Origin: Ophelia neglecta
Lineage: Eukaryota
Direction of reading: 5' to 3'
Length of the DNA stretch: 64,000 nt
Assembly (NCBI GenBank): GCA_965285935.1
Contig: OZ260662.1
Coordinates: forward strand, 31,806,001-31,870,000
Part shown: piece by piece, positions 1 through 13,200 of the stretch
Layout: each line of letters starts with the position of its first letter
Position numbering within the stretch: the first letter of the stretch is position 1
Position numbers and translations under genes: made by a program
Notes under the pieces: generated by a model
Databases searched by the model: none
The model's input: only the letters and a program-made list of their open reading frames with translations
What the model was told of the DNA's origin: nothing

Positions 1-501
1 TAGCAATCGTTTGTTCGATCCCAGGTTGAAATTGAGATGGTTTGTTTTGTTTAGAAGGATCAAATGCCATCGATTTTGAAAAGACTTTTCATTTAAGAAG
101 CTAGCTCCTTGTTGAATATCGAACAACACGAATCTACCATCAATTTTCTTTTAACCAAGAAACGTATTTATTTTGGATATTACTAATAACAAGCTCTCGT
201 GGTTTTTTTATCAGTCTCGACTGCGGTTCTTTATCACATGTGGTCAGTGATCTCTGTTATTGCTCTACCTTCTATGCGCTTTTCATATAAAATGATTTAG
301 AATACATGTTGTTCATATATAAGCCTTGTTTTATGTTCTGTTCATCCCCTTCACATCTAGGCAGTTTTATTACACCACAGAGTTGTCCTCCACTTACTGC
401 TCATTTTTTTTGGGAAAAACGTGATGCAGATGGATTCGCTAGGTGATTGGACAATCTCTTACTCTTTTTCAGATCCTTGTCATATCGTCCTAAAGGCTGA
501 G

Positions 502-2184
502 ATGGAAAAGCGCTTAATTTGTTGCGCAGTTCTGCTGTTAGCGGGAACACGCCAGTCAGGTAGGAGTAATCCTTTACTATCTCAATCATTTAAAAAATGG
601 CAGATTTCTATTAGAAGTTCGATGTAGTTCAAAATAAATACATATGCGAAGTTCGGAAACAACTTGTTTGCTGTTACACGTGGTGGAGATATTTTGACTT
701 TGATTATCACATAGACCTTATTGTTTCACCTATGCTCCTTGTTCTTGTCTATTCGATATCGTGCTGTTATTCGACACATGATAATTGTGTTTTTGTTTGC
801 AATGCAAGTCAGTATACATATCATTTCTAATAAGGACACAACGATAGTAAGAATTTATGGTACCTCAATATTTCCAGATGCATGGCACTATGTGACCGTT
901 GACCAACTCCAGCAAGGTAGGAGACTTGGCGACGGAGATGTGGTTAAGATGACGGTTGAGAAATACGGAGAGTCAAACCGAATTTATGTAAATACGATCG
1001 TTTAAACCTTAGCATAAAATGTCGAACTAAATTTGAAATTTCCTGTGGGCTCTAGTAACTGGCGAAAAAGATGGCTGAATACTGGGTTTACAAAAGGCCG
1101 TTACGGGAATGGTCACTTTCTTTACGAAGGTCTATGATAGAGTCAACTAGTATGTTATAGGTTTTCTTTTCGGTCTTTACATCGAATATAAATATATTCA
1201 TTTGCGGGCTGAATACTAATACTATAACATAAGTGTCGGTAAACAGGTATATACATTGCATTTCGGTATCGGTATTTATATTTATAAGATTGAGTTGAAA
1301 CTCCGGGCGCCTGTTAGCTGGTGGAAGGGTATACTATTGCTAAGAAAGACTAATGTTTCCAATTGGAGGCCGCTTGTTGTTGTTGAGATCCAAAATTCCC
1401 ATACGCCTGTGAGAACCTCGATTTATGCCAGCGACCTGGAAAAATTTGATTTAACACTTAGTAAGGCCAAGGCAAGTATATTTACCTAATATCTTCAATT
1501 ATGTACACTTATTGTAAGTAGTATTTTGTGATGATTAAGTTTAAATTTGAATTTATTTAAATGCGAAACGAAAACTAAATACATAGAGTTAAAGGTTAAT
1601 TTTTCTACAGTGGGCTATTATTGTCTCCGTGCACTAAAACAGCATTTAAGATATGTAATTTTAATACAATTATGTAATAGTTCTGTCACTACAGCTGGGT
1701 CAGTTCTATGTTGTGTACATTATACGCTGGCCGAGCCAGCTACCAAGCTTTATATTAAATTATTGTTATGCCCCAAATTGCACTCTTTCAGCCACTTTCT
1801 GTGTATCGTAAAAGCATTCTCAACTCCGGTTCAACTATGAGATTTGAATGAATAATTTAAATCCATTCATTAATCATGATCATGTCTCGCCCTTAACTAG
1901 GATTGACATTTACGTGTAACACTGTTCGAACTTGAGAAATCAATAAAAACATTAAGTAGGCTACATCCGTAAACCTAACGACTGGACTTTTCGTTGATAG
2001 ACTTTGACTAGTCGGCCTACACCTGAATTCGGAGTTTGACTCATTAATTCATTGCTATTTTAGTCAAATTGTGTTTTTTCTTCTTCAGATATTTGGTATC
2101 CACACTTTAATGTACAAAATCTCAGACGCTAAAGCGAGGATGACTGGTGGCCATCTCTATACGTTTTCTTGGGATCGAGATTAA
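502..2184 (+). CDS. Uncharacterised small secreted protein, 148 aa, 4 coding exons (502-559, 878-987, 1289-1471, 2089-2184)
   Basis: Exons join in frame (58+110+183+96=447 nt): MEKRLICCAVLLLAGTRQS/DAWHYVTV...NRIY/IELKLRAPVSWWKGILL...LSKAK/IFGIHTLMYKISDAKARMTGGHLYTFSWDRD*. Hydrophobic N-terminus resembles a signal peptide. Donors g|gtagga, tat|gtaaat, aag|gcaagt (GC donor); acceptors ttccag, tataag, cttcag. Confidence 0.75.
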
Positions 2185-2386
2185 ATGCCGACCCGTGTTA
2201 TAATTAACAACTTAAAGAAAGACACTTTTCTTAAGTATTCGGATAGGATAAGATATTGATTGAATTATAGCCATGTATGAACCAATACACATGCTGTACA
2301 TAACCTGATTCTAAACAAAATTGAACACATCAAAATTTTTCAGTTTCCATTATTTGTTTTTATCCCAAGAATTACAAGTTACCATT

Positions 2387-2579
2387 TGTAATGTATTGTA
2401 TCTATTTTATTTATTTCCTCTGTGAAATAATCGTACATAAGTAGGTAGCTACATGTAGAATAGCATGTGGATGTACACAATACTTTTTACTCCCTCGCTA
2501 CTCCACTACCACTCTCTAATTCACTTCCGCTTAAGGCGATGATGCCCTTGTTAAGGCATAGCTATAGATAGATATTACA
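2387..2579 (-). repeat. 3' LTR of the Gypsy element
   Basis: 193 bp, tgtaat...attaca, identical by eye to 6913-7105; preceded on the minus strand by the purine tract. Confidence 0.96.
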
Positions 2580-2595
2580 TTCCTCCTATCTCTCG
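2580..2595 (-). other. Polypurine tract (PPT)
   Basis: Minus strand reads gagagataggaggaa immediately before the 3' LTR. Confidence 0.85.
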
Positions 2596-2749
2596 GAATT
2601 TGAATATATATTAATGTAATATAAAAAAAATTGACATTCATTATGCAAAAATGCCTCTCCTCTTCCTGTTAGACTTTGTAGGTCCATCTCAAAACTAATT
2701 TTGGCTTAGGCATAACATTTAACTTCCATACATTAAGTTAAAATTTGAA

Positions 2750-5700
2750 TTACACAACATAATCAAGAAGATATTTTGGTTTATCTCTCATTCTACCTGA
2801 TGTTCTGATTTTTAGCGGTGTATCTACTTGGTGCTCTTTTAATCCTTTTGCAACTGATTCATTGATATTTGTATTATCATCAACTAAAACAGACTTATCT
2901 TTATCACTTTCTACTTCATATGGAATATCATGAGTTCCTATGTTGCTATCTTGACCAGAAACACAATTATCATTCTTTCCAGTAACATCACTTGTAAGTT
3001 TCTTAAAGAATGAGCTATTCCTTGTAACTTTTGACAAATTGTCACCAGACGCTGTAACCATGCTACCTTTCTTTGCAATTACAGTCATTGGTTTTGGGCT
3101 GAATGGAGTGGATAACTTGTTACTCTTATCATGCTTAACTAGTACACTATCACCAATTTTAATATCACTCTCTTTGGCATGATTTCTCTCATCAGCCATC
3201 TCTTTCATGTACTCTTTACATCTATTATCTCTTTCACTGATAATGTCTAAACTATCTTTGGATCTCACTCTCATTGGCATCATTGGAATGTCAGTTTTGA
3301 TTTTTCTGTTTTTGAGCAGTTCAGCTGGGTTTATTCAAGTGACACAATGTGGTGTAGCTCTATAATGTCTCAAAAACCTATACAGTTCTTGTTTCCATGA
3401 ACCTTTCTCTAGAGTAGCAACTCTGACAGCTTTATTGAGTGTTCTCATGAACCTTTCAACCTCTCCATTGGCTCGGGGCCATTTTGGTGCAACTTTCCTG
3501 TGATGAATACCTACACTTTCACACCAACTTGTAAAATAGGCGGAGTTAAACGGTGGGCCGTTATCTGTTTTTATTTCATCCGGAAACCCTTCATCCGAGA
3601 ATATTTTATCAAGCACAGGAATAAAAACAGTTTTATCTGATGTCGACCGTATTGGCTCAACCATGGGATATCTACTAAAATCGTCACTAATCACTAGTAA
3701 ATGTTCTCCTGAGGGGTATGGACCACTGAAATCAATGGATAATTCCTTCCAAGGACCATGGGGTAGTTTTGTAGGCTGTATTGGCTCTTGCCTATTAATA
3801 TTGTTGTGAGTAGCAGCCTGACACGACAAACAGCTTTTCACTTCTTTTTCCACTTTACTGTTAATTCCTGGGAACCACACAGTTTCTCGCAACAAATTTT
3901 TGGTTTTGACTATCCCTTGATGACTACTGTGTGCTGTTTTCACAATGTGTGTCTGTAATTCATCTGGAATAACTATCCTATCTCCTCTCATGACAACACC
4001 ATTGACAATTGATAGTTCATCCCTGATCATTTTGAATGGTTTTAAACTTTCATTAATTTCATCCCATTTTTGATTTCCAATCACTTGAATCAATTTCGGT
4101 AGAAGTTCATCCTGGAATGTTGCTTTTCGTATGTCTTTCAGGGTAACTGCACTGTACTCATTCACTTGCTGAGTAATGCTACTGCATACATATTCTACTT
4201 GTTTATCAGTCCAAGAATTTGTGAATGTTCTTGACTCGGGGTGTCTTGAGAGATAATCAGCCTGGTTGAATTTTCCAGGTATGTAAACAGTATGCAGTCT
4301 GTAAGGCTGTAGTCTCAAGCAGAGTCTTTTCAATCTTGCTGTAGTATTGGATGTAGGATTGTTGAGTATTCCTACAAGTGGTTTGTGATCAGTATTTATG
4401 AAAAACTCAGTTCCATACAAATATAAATGAAAATGTTCGCAACTAAACACAACTCCTAAAGCTTCTTTTTCTGTTTGAGAGTATCTTTTCTCAGGGTCAG
4501 TCAGTGATCTGGATCCAAAGCCAACAACATTGATTTTGCCTTCCTCTGTTCTCTGTGTAAGTATGGCCCCTACACCTTCCGGACCAGAATCAACTGTGAC
4601 TTCTGTTTGAAGCTCAGCATCAAAATAGGAAAGAATTTGACAGTCACTCATATGTTTCTTCAACTCCAGAAAAGCTTCATTTTCAACTTTTCCCCAGTAC
4701 CATTTTCCACTTTTAAGTAATTTCCTCAATGTACCTGTGAGCTCAGAGTAATTATGTACATATCTGGCCAAATAACTCACAGTGCCTAAGTAGCTTCTCA
4801 GTTCTGCCTTGTCTTTAGGTGGACCAGCCTTCAGTACTGCTTCCATCTTTGTTTTAGATGCTGAAATTCCCTTTGATGAAAACACATTTCCATAGAAATT
4901 TAATGTATCCACTTTAAAAACACATTTCTGTTCATTTGCAGTGACATTGTATTTTTCCATTCTCTCATATAACTCCCTGAGAGACTAATCATGCTGTTCC
5001 TCAGTTTCTGTGTAGATAATTATATCATCTGATATATTTTTCACTCCTTTTATTCCATGTATCAGGTCAGCAACTGTTTTCTGAAAACATTCAGCAGCTG
5101 AATTTATGCCGAACGATAAACGTTTGTATCTATATAGGCCAACATGTGTAGCAAATGTTGTAATGTACTTGCTATCATCATCCAGTGGAACTTGGTGATA
5201 AGCCTTATTCAAATCTATTTTTGAAAAATACTTTGCACCATTCATTTCATGTACTAGCTCATCTAAAGTAGGTGTTGGATGCCTTTCTCTCTCAATGGCA
5301 GTATTTATTGCACGACTATCCAAACATAATCTCACACCTCCATTTTCTTTATGCACTATGACCAGTGGGCTTACCCAAGGTGTTGGACCTTCTGATCTCT
5401 CAATAATGTCCAGTTTCTCCAGGTTTGCCAGTTCCTCTTCTACTTGCTTTCTCATATGTATTGGTACTGTTCTAGCTTTTTGTTCTATTGGCTGCACATC
5501 CTGGTTAATATGAAGTTTGAGGGGAGTAATCTTCATTTTACCAATGCCATCAAATCTACTTCTGAATAGATTTTTGCATTCTTCTTGTGACATTGGTCTG
5601 CACTCTATTTTCCTTGGTACACTAATCAAACCTAGCTTTAAAGCTGTGTCCAAACTAATCAAACTAGTTGCTTTCCCCTTCATCACATGACAACAGGTGT

Positions 5701-6863
5701 CTATTTCACTACTAGAAGTTTTTAATACACTCTGTACTTGACCAATCATTGGTAATCTATGTCTTTCATTTTCTGGACCATAACTGTAAATGTTGGTTGC
5801 AGGGGGTTTCAGACCTTTATTCACAAAATGTTTGTTGAATATTTCTTCAGAAATAATGTTTATAGCAGTCCCTGTGTCAACAATTGCTTCAAATGTATCC
5901 GAGCATGTATCAGTTGTGAGCTGCACTGATATTTTATCTTGATTAATAGACGAAACAATATGCGGCACAAAATAAGCATCTTCTTCTTCTTGACACTGTT
6001 CCTCTTCTGTAGTACTAGTGGCAGCAACTGTCATCTGTTTGCTTCTACACACACGAGCGAAATGACCAAATTTGGAGCATGATGCACATTTCTCTGATTC
6101 AGCAGGACATTGAGTACCTTCTTTGTGTGGGAATATGCCTCCACATCTGTAGCAGTATTTCTTCTTATTATTAGAAAAAGGTGTAGATTTATGAAATCTC
6201 TCACCTGACATGGATCTAGTGTCTTTATTTTGAAAGTTTGATCTTCTCTGCCGAGATCTGTTTCTTACATAACATGCCTCAACAGAATCATCAGTACTCC
6301 TATCTGTGTTTTCACACTCATACATTTGTTTGACTTCTTTGTCAGCCATCTCCTGGGCCCTGGCGCTCTGCAGGAATGCGGTCAACTTTAAATCATCCCT
6401 GAGTGCTTTCTTTCTTAACGAACTGTCCCTACATTTTGCCACCAATTGACTCAGCAGTATGAGCTCCTCTATTTCTTGTACTGTGTTTTTTTAATATCAA
6501 TGTCCTTCAATTTCTCTTTCAGTCTCATGTGGAAATTGTCAACGCACTCTCCTTCCTTTTGGGATTGATTCGGAAACACATTCATCAAATGAACAGGCTT
6601 CTGTTTAGGTGCAACTGTGTTGTTAGAGCATCTTTAGCTGCTGTATATTGATCATCATTACCTGTATTATCGAGACCCTTGAATAGTTTCCTCGTGTCTG
6701 TTCCAATGTAATGTAGTAGTAAATTTCTCTTTTCGGTTTCATCAGTAACTTTCATAGCTTTCATCATGGCCTCCAATCCATCAATCCAATCCTGCCATCG
6801 CACTGACGTGGTCGGATCTTCAGACGGCGTAAATTCACTGTATTGTGGTAATTGGAATGCCAT
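2750..6863 (-). pseudogene. Gypsy gag-pol, disrupted (two frameshifts in gag at about 6470-6620; in-frame stops at 4985-4987 and 3335-3337)
   Basis: ORFs 6585-6863, 4985-6445, 3335-4960 and 2750-3283 are collinear parts of one polyprotein. Reading continues in frame across HD*SLRELYERME and HCVT*INPAELL. Confidence 0.92.
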
Positions 6864-6896
6864 TTCTCACGACGATTGTACTTACATGTGCAGCAG

Positions 6897-6909
6897 ATCC
6901 TCGTCGCCA
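6897..6909 (-). other. Primer-binding site complementary to the 3' end of tRNA-Ser(GCU)
   Basis: Minus strand TGGCGACGAGGAT starts 3 nt inside the 5' LTR. The plus strand ATCCTCGTCGCCA matches the 3' end of metazoan tRNA-Ser(GCT) plus CCA, as recalled from memory. Confidence 0.8.
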
Positions 6910-6912
6910 AAA

Positions 6913-7105
6913 TGTAATGTATTGTATCTATTTTATTTATTTCCTCTGTGAAATAATCGTACATAAGTAGGTAGCTACATGTAGAATAGCATGTGGATGT
7001 ACACAATACTTTTTACTCCCTCGCTACTCCACTACCACTCTCTAATTCACTTCCGCTTAAGGCGATGATGCCCTTGTTAAGGCATAGCTATAGATAGATA
7101 TTACA
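6913..7105 (-). repeat. 5' LTR of the Gypsy element
   Basis: 193 bp, adjacent to the PBS, identical by eye to 2387-2579. Confidence 0.96.
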
Positions 7106-7213
7106 CCATTAAATCTCTAGTCGTACATAGTTGCAAAGATAGGCACATCCCGAATCGCGAACATTTGAAAATTAGAAAAAGCACGTTTTAAATATATGTT
7201 TGAAAATCATCTG

Positions 7214-7229
7214 CGACGCATGCGCGTCT
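7214..7229. promoter_or_regulatory. NRF1-like palindromic site in the CpG-rich candidate promoter of the kinase gene
   Basis: gcgacgcatgcgcgtc resembles the NRF1 consensus GCGCATGCGC and lies about 20 bp before ATG 7250. Confidence 0.4.
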
Positions 7230-7249
7230 CAGTATTCGTCGGTGCTGAA

Positions 7250-10200
7250 ATGGCTCTGCACTCGGAGCGGAATGTCAAGTGGGTTAGGATAGGGTATTTT
7301 ATTGGACTTTAATCCTGATTCCACAGCGATGACCCTTGAATTATGATAAATATCTCAAAGGTAATAGCGCAGTGTGGGCATCATAACATTATCAGTTGTT
7401 AATCAATCTATAGATTACATTATTAAGAGTTTCTCCCTTCCATAAACGGACGATAAGAATAACTCTACCAATTACCGCCCCGAATCGGTCGTTCATTAAC
7501 TGTTAAACCTATTGGAAAGGCTAATGATTATCTTTTCAATACTTTTGTCAATAATCATAAAATGTTATAAGAATGTCATCTTCTGATTTCGCGAACAAAT
7601 TAAGTTCAAATTATTAACATTAATATTACTCAGCAACACTATCTTGTGCACTAGACAGCAGAGACTGTTGCAAATGCCTGTTTCTAGGTTTTCCATGCCA
7701 ATTTAACTCAGTTGTTCACGCTATAGAGTTGCTTAAAAATGGAATAAGAGGACTTGCTTTACATTGGTTACATATTGACAATATAGTGAAATCACACATA
7801 TTTGTAATTCTTAACTATTTTACACTGGGTGCTTTCATATGGCCAACAATAACAGTCCTTCATCGACTTCGCAGCTATTGTTCCTTTCAGCATTTCAATT
7901 CTTCTGTTACTGATAATACGTATAAAATTATAAACATCGCCATGTTTGCCTCATGTTAATTGGGACATATGATTACACTTTTAAAACCTAACTCGGGTCG
8001 AAAATTATGATGTCCAACCAATCCTTCAGCAATTTGGTCATAATTAAGAGTTTTGAAATATACCAACTTTTAGGATTAAGGATTTAAAACTGTATTAAGT
8101 TTCTGTTTGTGTTGCTGCAAAAGGTTTAAGTTTAATTTTGGCTTAAATCTTAATACTGCTTAGTGAGCAGGTTTAATTTGATTAAGTCGAGTATACGGCG
8201 ATTCAGGCAAGAGTTTGAGCTGCTGCAAATAAGGCACACATGATATTCAGGGATCGGCAAAACCATCTTGGGATAATCACGGAAGAAGCTATATACTCCC
8301 AAGCCACGTACCGCTTTAAGCCACATCCGATTAAGTTTCTGGTCGGAATGTTGGCTTCTTGATGAGACTAACACAGAAACAATGTATCTCCCTGTAGTAC
8401 TGCAAGTGTGTATCTTCCTAGGAAAAAAACATTGCTCCTGGCTCCTTTTTTTTATTATAATTGGTGATATTATTGACCTGCACAAAGGCACAGCAAGGTT
8501 AAATCAGTGCTCTCAGCGCCCATCACAACACCTTGTTCTAAAACTGATCCAATGAAGGGTTGTTCGTCAGCTCTGTTCATCTGACTGCGGAGTAGTATCA
8601 AAAACAACCTGTCTCAATTGAGGTGACGGTCTTAGTGGTTTCTTGTCTATGACTTGCCCTCGGAGGACGGTTAGGGTTTGGGGAAACTTTGCCATTTGGG
8701 GAAAAGGGTATGGTACTTTTTTCAAGCATAAGGAGTACGTTGGTGTTTAGAGACTATGACAGACGAAAAACGGGAGTAGAGACCCGGCGCACAGATAAGA
8801 GTGAAGTTATCCTTCAAGAATTGTTCGTTGAATAAATCGTAAGTAATAAGAACAGTAGGCACAGCACCACAAAGCTGTGCTTAAAGGTGAAATATAAAAA
8901 ATACTACTTTAGGCTTGTAATATTACAAATTATGACAGGAATTTCCAAACCCGATGAAAATTCCTATCTACACGATTTATTTACACATATAGTTGGTTCC
9001 ATACTAATTGTTATTACAGGGTATTCAGTTATTCTAGAAAACAGTCACACATATATTTTCTAAAGACTTAGTTTTATTCTTAGTAAAGTTAGCCTCGTAA
9101 TACATAATGATGATAGCATGATAATATATACATAATAAAGTTACACCTGTAGATACAAAATCCGCCAACCTAGTACTAACTTTATTTTACATGTTTTATA
9201 CTCATTGGATAAAGACATCGAACATACATGATTTAGTACCTAAATCTGCATGGGTATCTGAGTAAGAAGATTAATATACACGACCTATTTTTGTTCGAGC
9301 GCAGAAGAAAACTTGACACGTTCGTTGTCCCATCCACTATCGCCCCCGTCTAAGTTTAAGTAATCACTGTACCCATTTTCTACTACCTTTCATTAGCTGA
9401 AATTGTACATTTGGACTTTGGAAGAACAATGATACATATTGTCACTCGTCTGCTCTGAGGTTACTAAAATGTGCAATAGGCAAAACCAGAAGAAGGTTGC
9501 AATGACGGAATTAAACAAAAAAGTCCTATGACAACAATGGCAATATGAAACACATGTACGTACAACAAATGCGACTACCATGTCAATTATCACCATACAC
9601 ATCTGAACCACTCTACAGCTGGGATTCAAGGGATTTAACCTGACGACCGCAATCCTATAATACTCTTATAATGACAGAACAAATGATGATGCAATAACTG
9701 ATCATTCTGTTTACCAACAAGTTCGGCCATATTCGGCGGTAGGAGTGTTTTGGCTTGTGTCCTAGTGTGCCTTGATAATTACAAGGGTAGGTATTGAATT
9801 TTGGTTTGATCTACAATGCACCAGTTTGAAATTTTAGTATGGCTTTAAGTAAGTCGTTGCAACATACTACTGGTTGATTTATTACCTAGTTTCGGGAACC
9901 GTCGATTTGGTCGGGATTTATTACCCCTCTTATTTCAATCCCTGGGGGATTTTCACAAACTGCAAGTTTACAAACAGTGATAGCTCTATATGAAGAGTGC
10001 ATAAACTATTATTTAGCTCATTTAGGAAAATACATCATAATATCTTTACACTTTAAAATGACTTGATTGCTGTTGAACATGCTTAAACTTGATCGGTTGA
10101 TTTCATGAAAAGTACCATAATAGAGCACCATATTTAATCCATTCTATAAAATTTTCTTGGGGGGTGTCTCCCAAACTTCCCCTGCGCGAGCGAACTCACC

Positions 10201-13200
10201 CCCCCCCCCCCCCCTCCCATGAAGGAAAGTTTGTCGTGAAATTCATTAGCTATTCGACAATTTTCTAACACAATATAACGTAAAATAAGCAATGACACAC
10301 TGGACATGTTAATATTATAGCTGCCTAGAGCACCAGTAAAGCACAATATATTTCTGATATTATCAAAGAACACGTGTCGTCCTTATTCGTATGTATAAAA
10401 TCTTTTCATATAAACTGATCAGCTGCAAAATAATGATATGAAAAAAAACGTTCTTTTCAATTCATTGGCCAATAGGTCATTATGTAATTATTACTAGCCC
10501 GGGAAACAATACATCAATTTCACCATTTGTTTAAAAAAAAACATATACGGTCTAAATATACTTATAAGAATAAAAGGGATTAAAAGGCAAATAAGGCAAG
10601 CACACGGTTCAATGTCGATAATAATTATATTAATGAGCTACCTTATGAATATTAATTTAACTTGCCGATACAAACCCCTGTGGTTCACTCTATAAAAAAG
10701 TGACGGAGCATTGGCAAGTGCGAGGTAACAACCGGTACCGCCCTCCTCCCACCCCCCGGTCACCCCCCCCCCCCACACACACACACACACACATCGGGGG
10801 AGATTAGGAGGCGGGGCGGGAACTACCTCGACCCTCCGGAGTTTACTAATCTTTAATAAAGATTTAATATGAGTAAGTGATCATATGTTATAGGAAAGTG
10901 TGCAGGATGGCTACATTGCATTTGGATATACTGGTAGGAGAACCTCCGGAGCAGCCAATATTGGAAATACTTAAACACGTAAGACCCACCTGGAACACAG
11001 AAAAACTGATCATTAAGGTAAGAATTTGGCATGTAACCCGAACCTATCTAGGTTAATACTAGCATTGGATTGATTGATTAATTTATTTGGAAACACAGCT
11101 AATAATATGTTACATTATCCTTTATTATTATGGCACTAAACTGTGTACTACACTGTTAAACTAAAAAAAGGTCTAGGTGAAAAATCTCTTCTTATTAAAG
11201 TTGCACTCCAATGCTGGCCATGTTAAAAAAAAGCGAGCGAGTAAAACAGCAGTACATTCGAGAAACTAAAATTCATGACAGGAGAATACATCTGTGTATA
11301 TGTTTACAATCAGCCATGTTATTTATATTGTAAATATGTACTCGTGATTTATATTGTAAATATGTACTTGGGTTTGATTTGAGTGTTGCTAGTCAACAAG
11401 CTCTTTTGTGAATATAACAAATGTGTCTGAAAGGTAAAGTCATTAATGTGCTGATGGTAAATGCTTCCAAAGACAATAGTTGTAAATACCTACACTATTG
11501 ACATAGTAACTATTAAAAGATTATTCAATACTATATGAACAACAGTTTTTCGGGCGCTCCTATATACCGCGTCTATTTGAGGGGGTCCAAATTTTACTTT
11601 TTGTAAACGGTTTCTTCCTCGCATGGCCCGTCTTATCTCAGAGGTCATCAACGGTATGTCTCTGGGACGTATCGTTGCTTCATAATTGGGGATGCGATAT
11701 TCCGCAATTATCATGATGGGACAAGTTTGAAACATTCTCACAAGCGTCATTAAAACTAGGAGGGGATTAAGCCAATGGTACATTGTGAATTAACTCGCGC
11801 AGCTTCTCAAAGTCCGCTATATTATAATTCCACACTTCACGTTTAAAACTTGGGACCGCCACGCTGGACTGGACAAAGAAAAGGCATGCGAGGTCACAAG
11901 GAACAGATCGGCGGACTAATATTTATTCCATTACAATGAAATAACACCGCCGACGAATGAAACATGTGCGTGAAAATGTACAAACGGAGGGTATTGTTAA
12001 TAAAAAGACGCCGAGTGTGTGTGTGTGGGGGGGGGGGGGGGGGGCATGAATTAGGAATGAGCTCAAAAAATGATAATAAATAAACATATATATATATATA
12101 TATACAAAGTTTTAGGGCATGTGCATTATGCATTGACAAGTGCATTGGAAACTATAGTTTGGATTAGGAATTAGCACAATCACAATATAGTATGGATATA
12201 GAAGTAGCATAAAATGTACGACAGTAAAAAGGCTTGTGGACATGATAGAATACACAACTCGACTGCTGTGTTAGGCCAGTTGATGTGACTTGAACAATGA
12301 TACATAAATCGAGTACTAATGTACGAATATGTCGAAAGGATATTAAACAGTAAAGAAAAACTGATTTTGCAGTGTAATGGTAAAGCAGGGTTAATACAGT
12401 CACGTTTAAGCATATATGTTTACAAGTTAAGCGGGTAGACAATATCAAAGCATTCATACGCTGATATGATATAGGCCTATATGTACCAATATAAACCGAT
12501 GGAAAGCATACACAAATAAAGCAAACAGTTGACTTGCAAACTTTATAAAGGGCAAAGTGTTCAGAGCTGGGCGTCTCAGATAGTAAGCCTTTCCCGCATG
12601 TTTGTTTTGAATAATGTAGTTCAAAGTTGACTGTGGGTCAAGGTTTTATGCAGTACCTGCGATCGCTGTTTTTGGAAGTAAGGTATATCTTGCCTGAACA
12701 AGAACAATATCATAAACCTTGAAGCTGCTGGAGTAGATCAAACTTTAGTAATCACACAAATAACTTCTTTTTTTTTTCTGTGGAATGATTCTGTGTGTTA
12801 CCTTTCTGGAGGCACACTTTGAGGGAATCAGGCCTATTGTTCTTAGTGTTGGTTGGCAGGGGGTGCACAGCTTCTATGTCTTGGCGATAGTTACTTGTAT
12901 CACCCACTTCCTACAGGACTAGCTTGCTTATTGTGATACTCAGAAACACTAGAAAACGCCATAGTTCTGCTAAAATCACCAGGTGCCATTTTCAGAATGT
13001 GCCTTTCCTTTAATTCAAAATAATCTATCTCCAATACCAGTTACTGTTAGAATCCAATAAGTCGAACGAGGTCGGTAATACTTGTTATAGCTAGTGGAAG
13101 ATAGGTTCTTCCCAAAAATAATGGCAAAGCCGAAAGATAAAATAAATGTATGGTACAATAAGGTCATCAACTGTCAGATACCAATTAATGCTCCAAGTCA

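Larger units (their letters stand above)
2387..7105 (-). mobile_element. Full-length Ty3/Gypsy LTR retrotransposon (Mag-like), coding region disrupted
   Basis: Two 193-bp TG...CA LTRs (2387-2579, 6913-7105), 5-bp TSD CCATT (2382-2386, 7106-7110), PBS and PPT. Gag zinc knuckles (CYRC...H...C, CASCSKFGHFARVC), protease DTG, RT NISDD, RNase H and integrase HHCC/DDE occur in Gypsy order. Confidence 0.97.

Noticed and set aside
10-30. tRNA or SINE B-box-like gttcgatccc
   Set aside because: No A-box or cloverleaf is visible and the site is at the window edge.
3335-4987. Programmed stop-codon readthrough in Gypsy pol
   Set aside because: The stops fall inside RT and integrase rather than at the gag/pol boundary, and are accompanied by frameshifts; they look like ordinary mutations.
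9420-9640. Possible Penelope GIY-YIG endonuclease remnant (IGKTRRRLQ...GFN)
   Set aside because: Only a few residues match across broken frames; too weak to call without a profile search.
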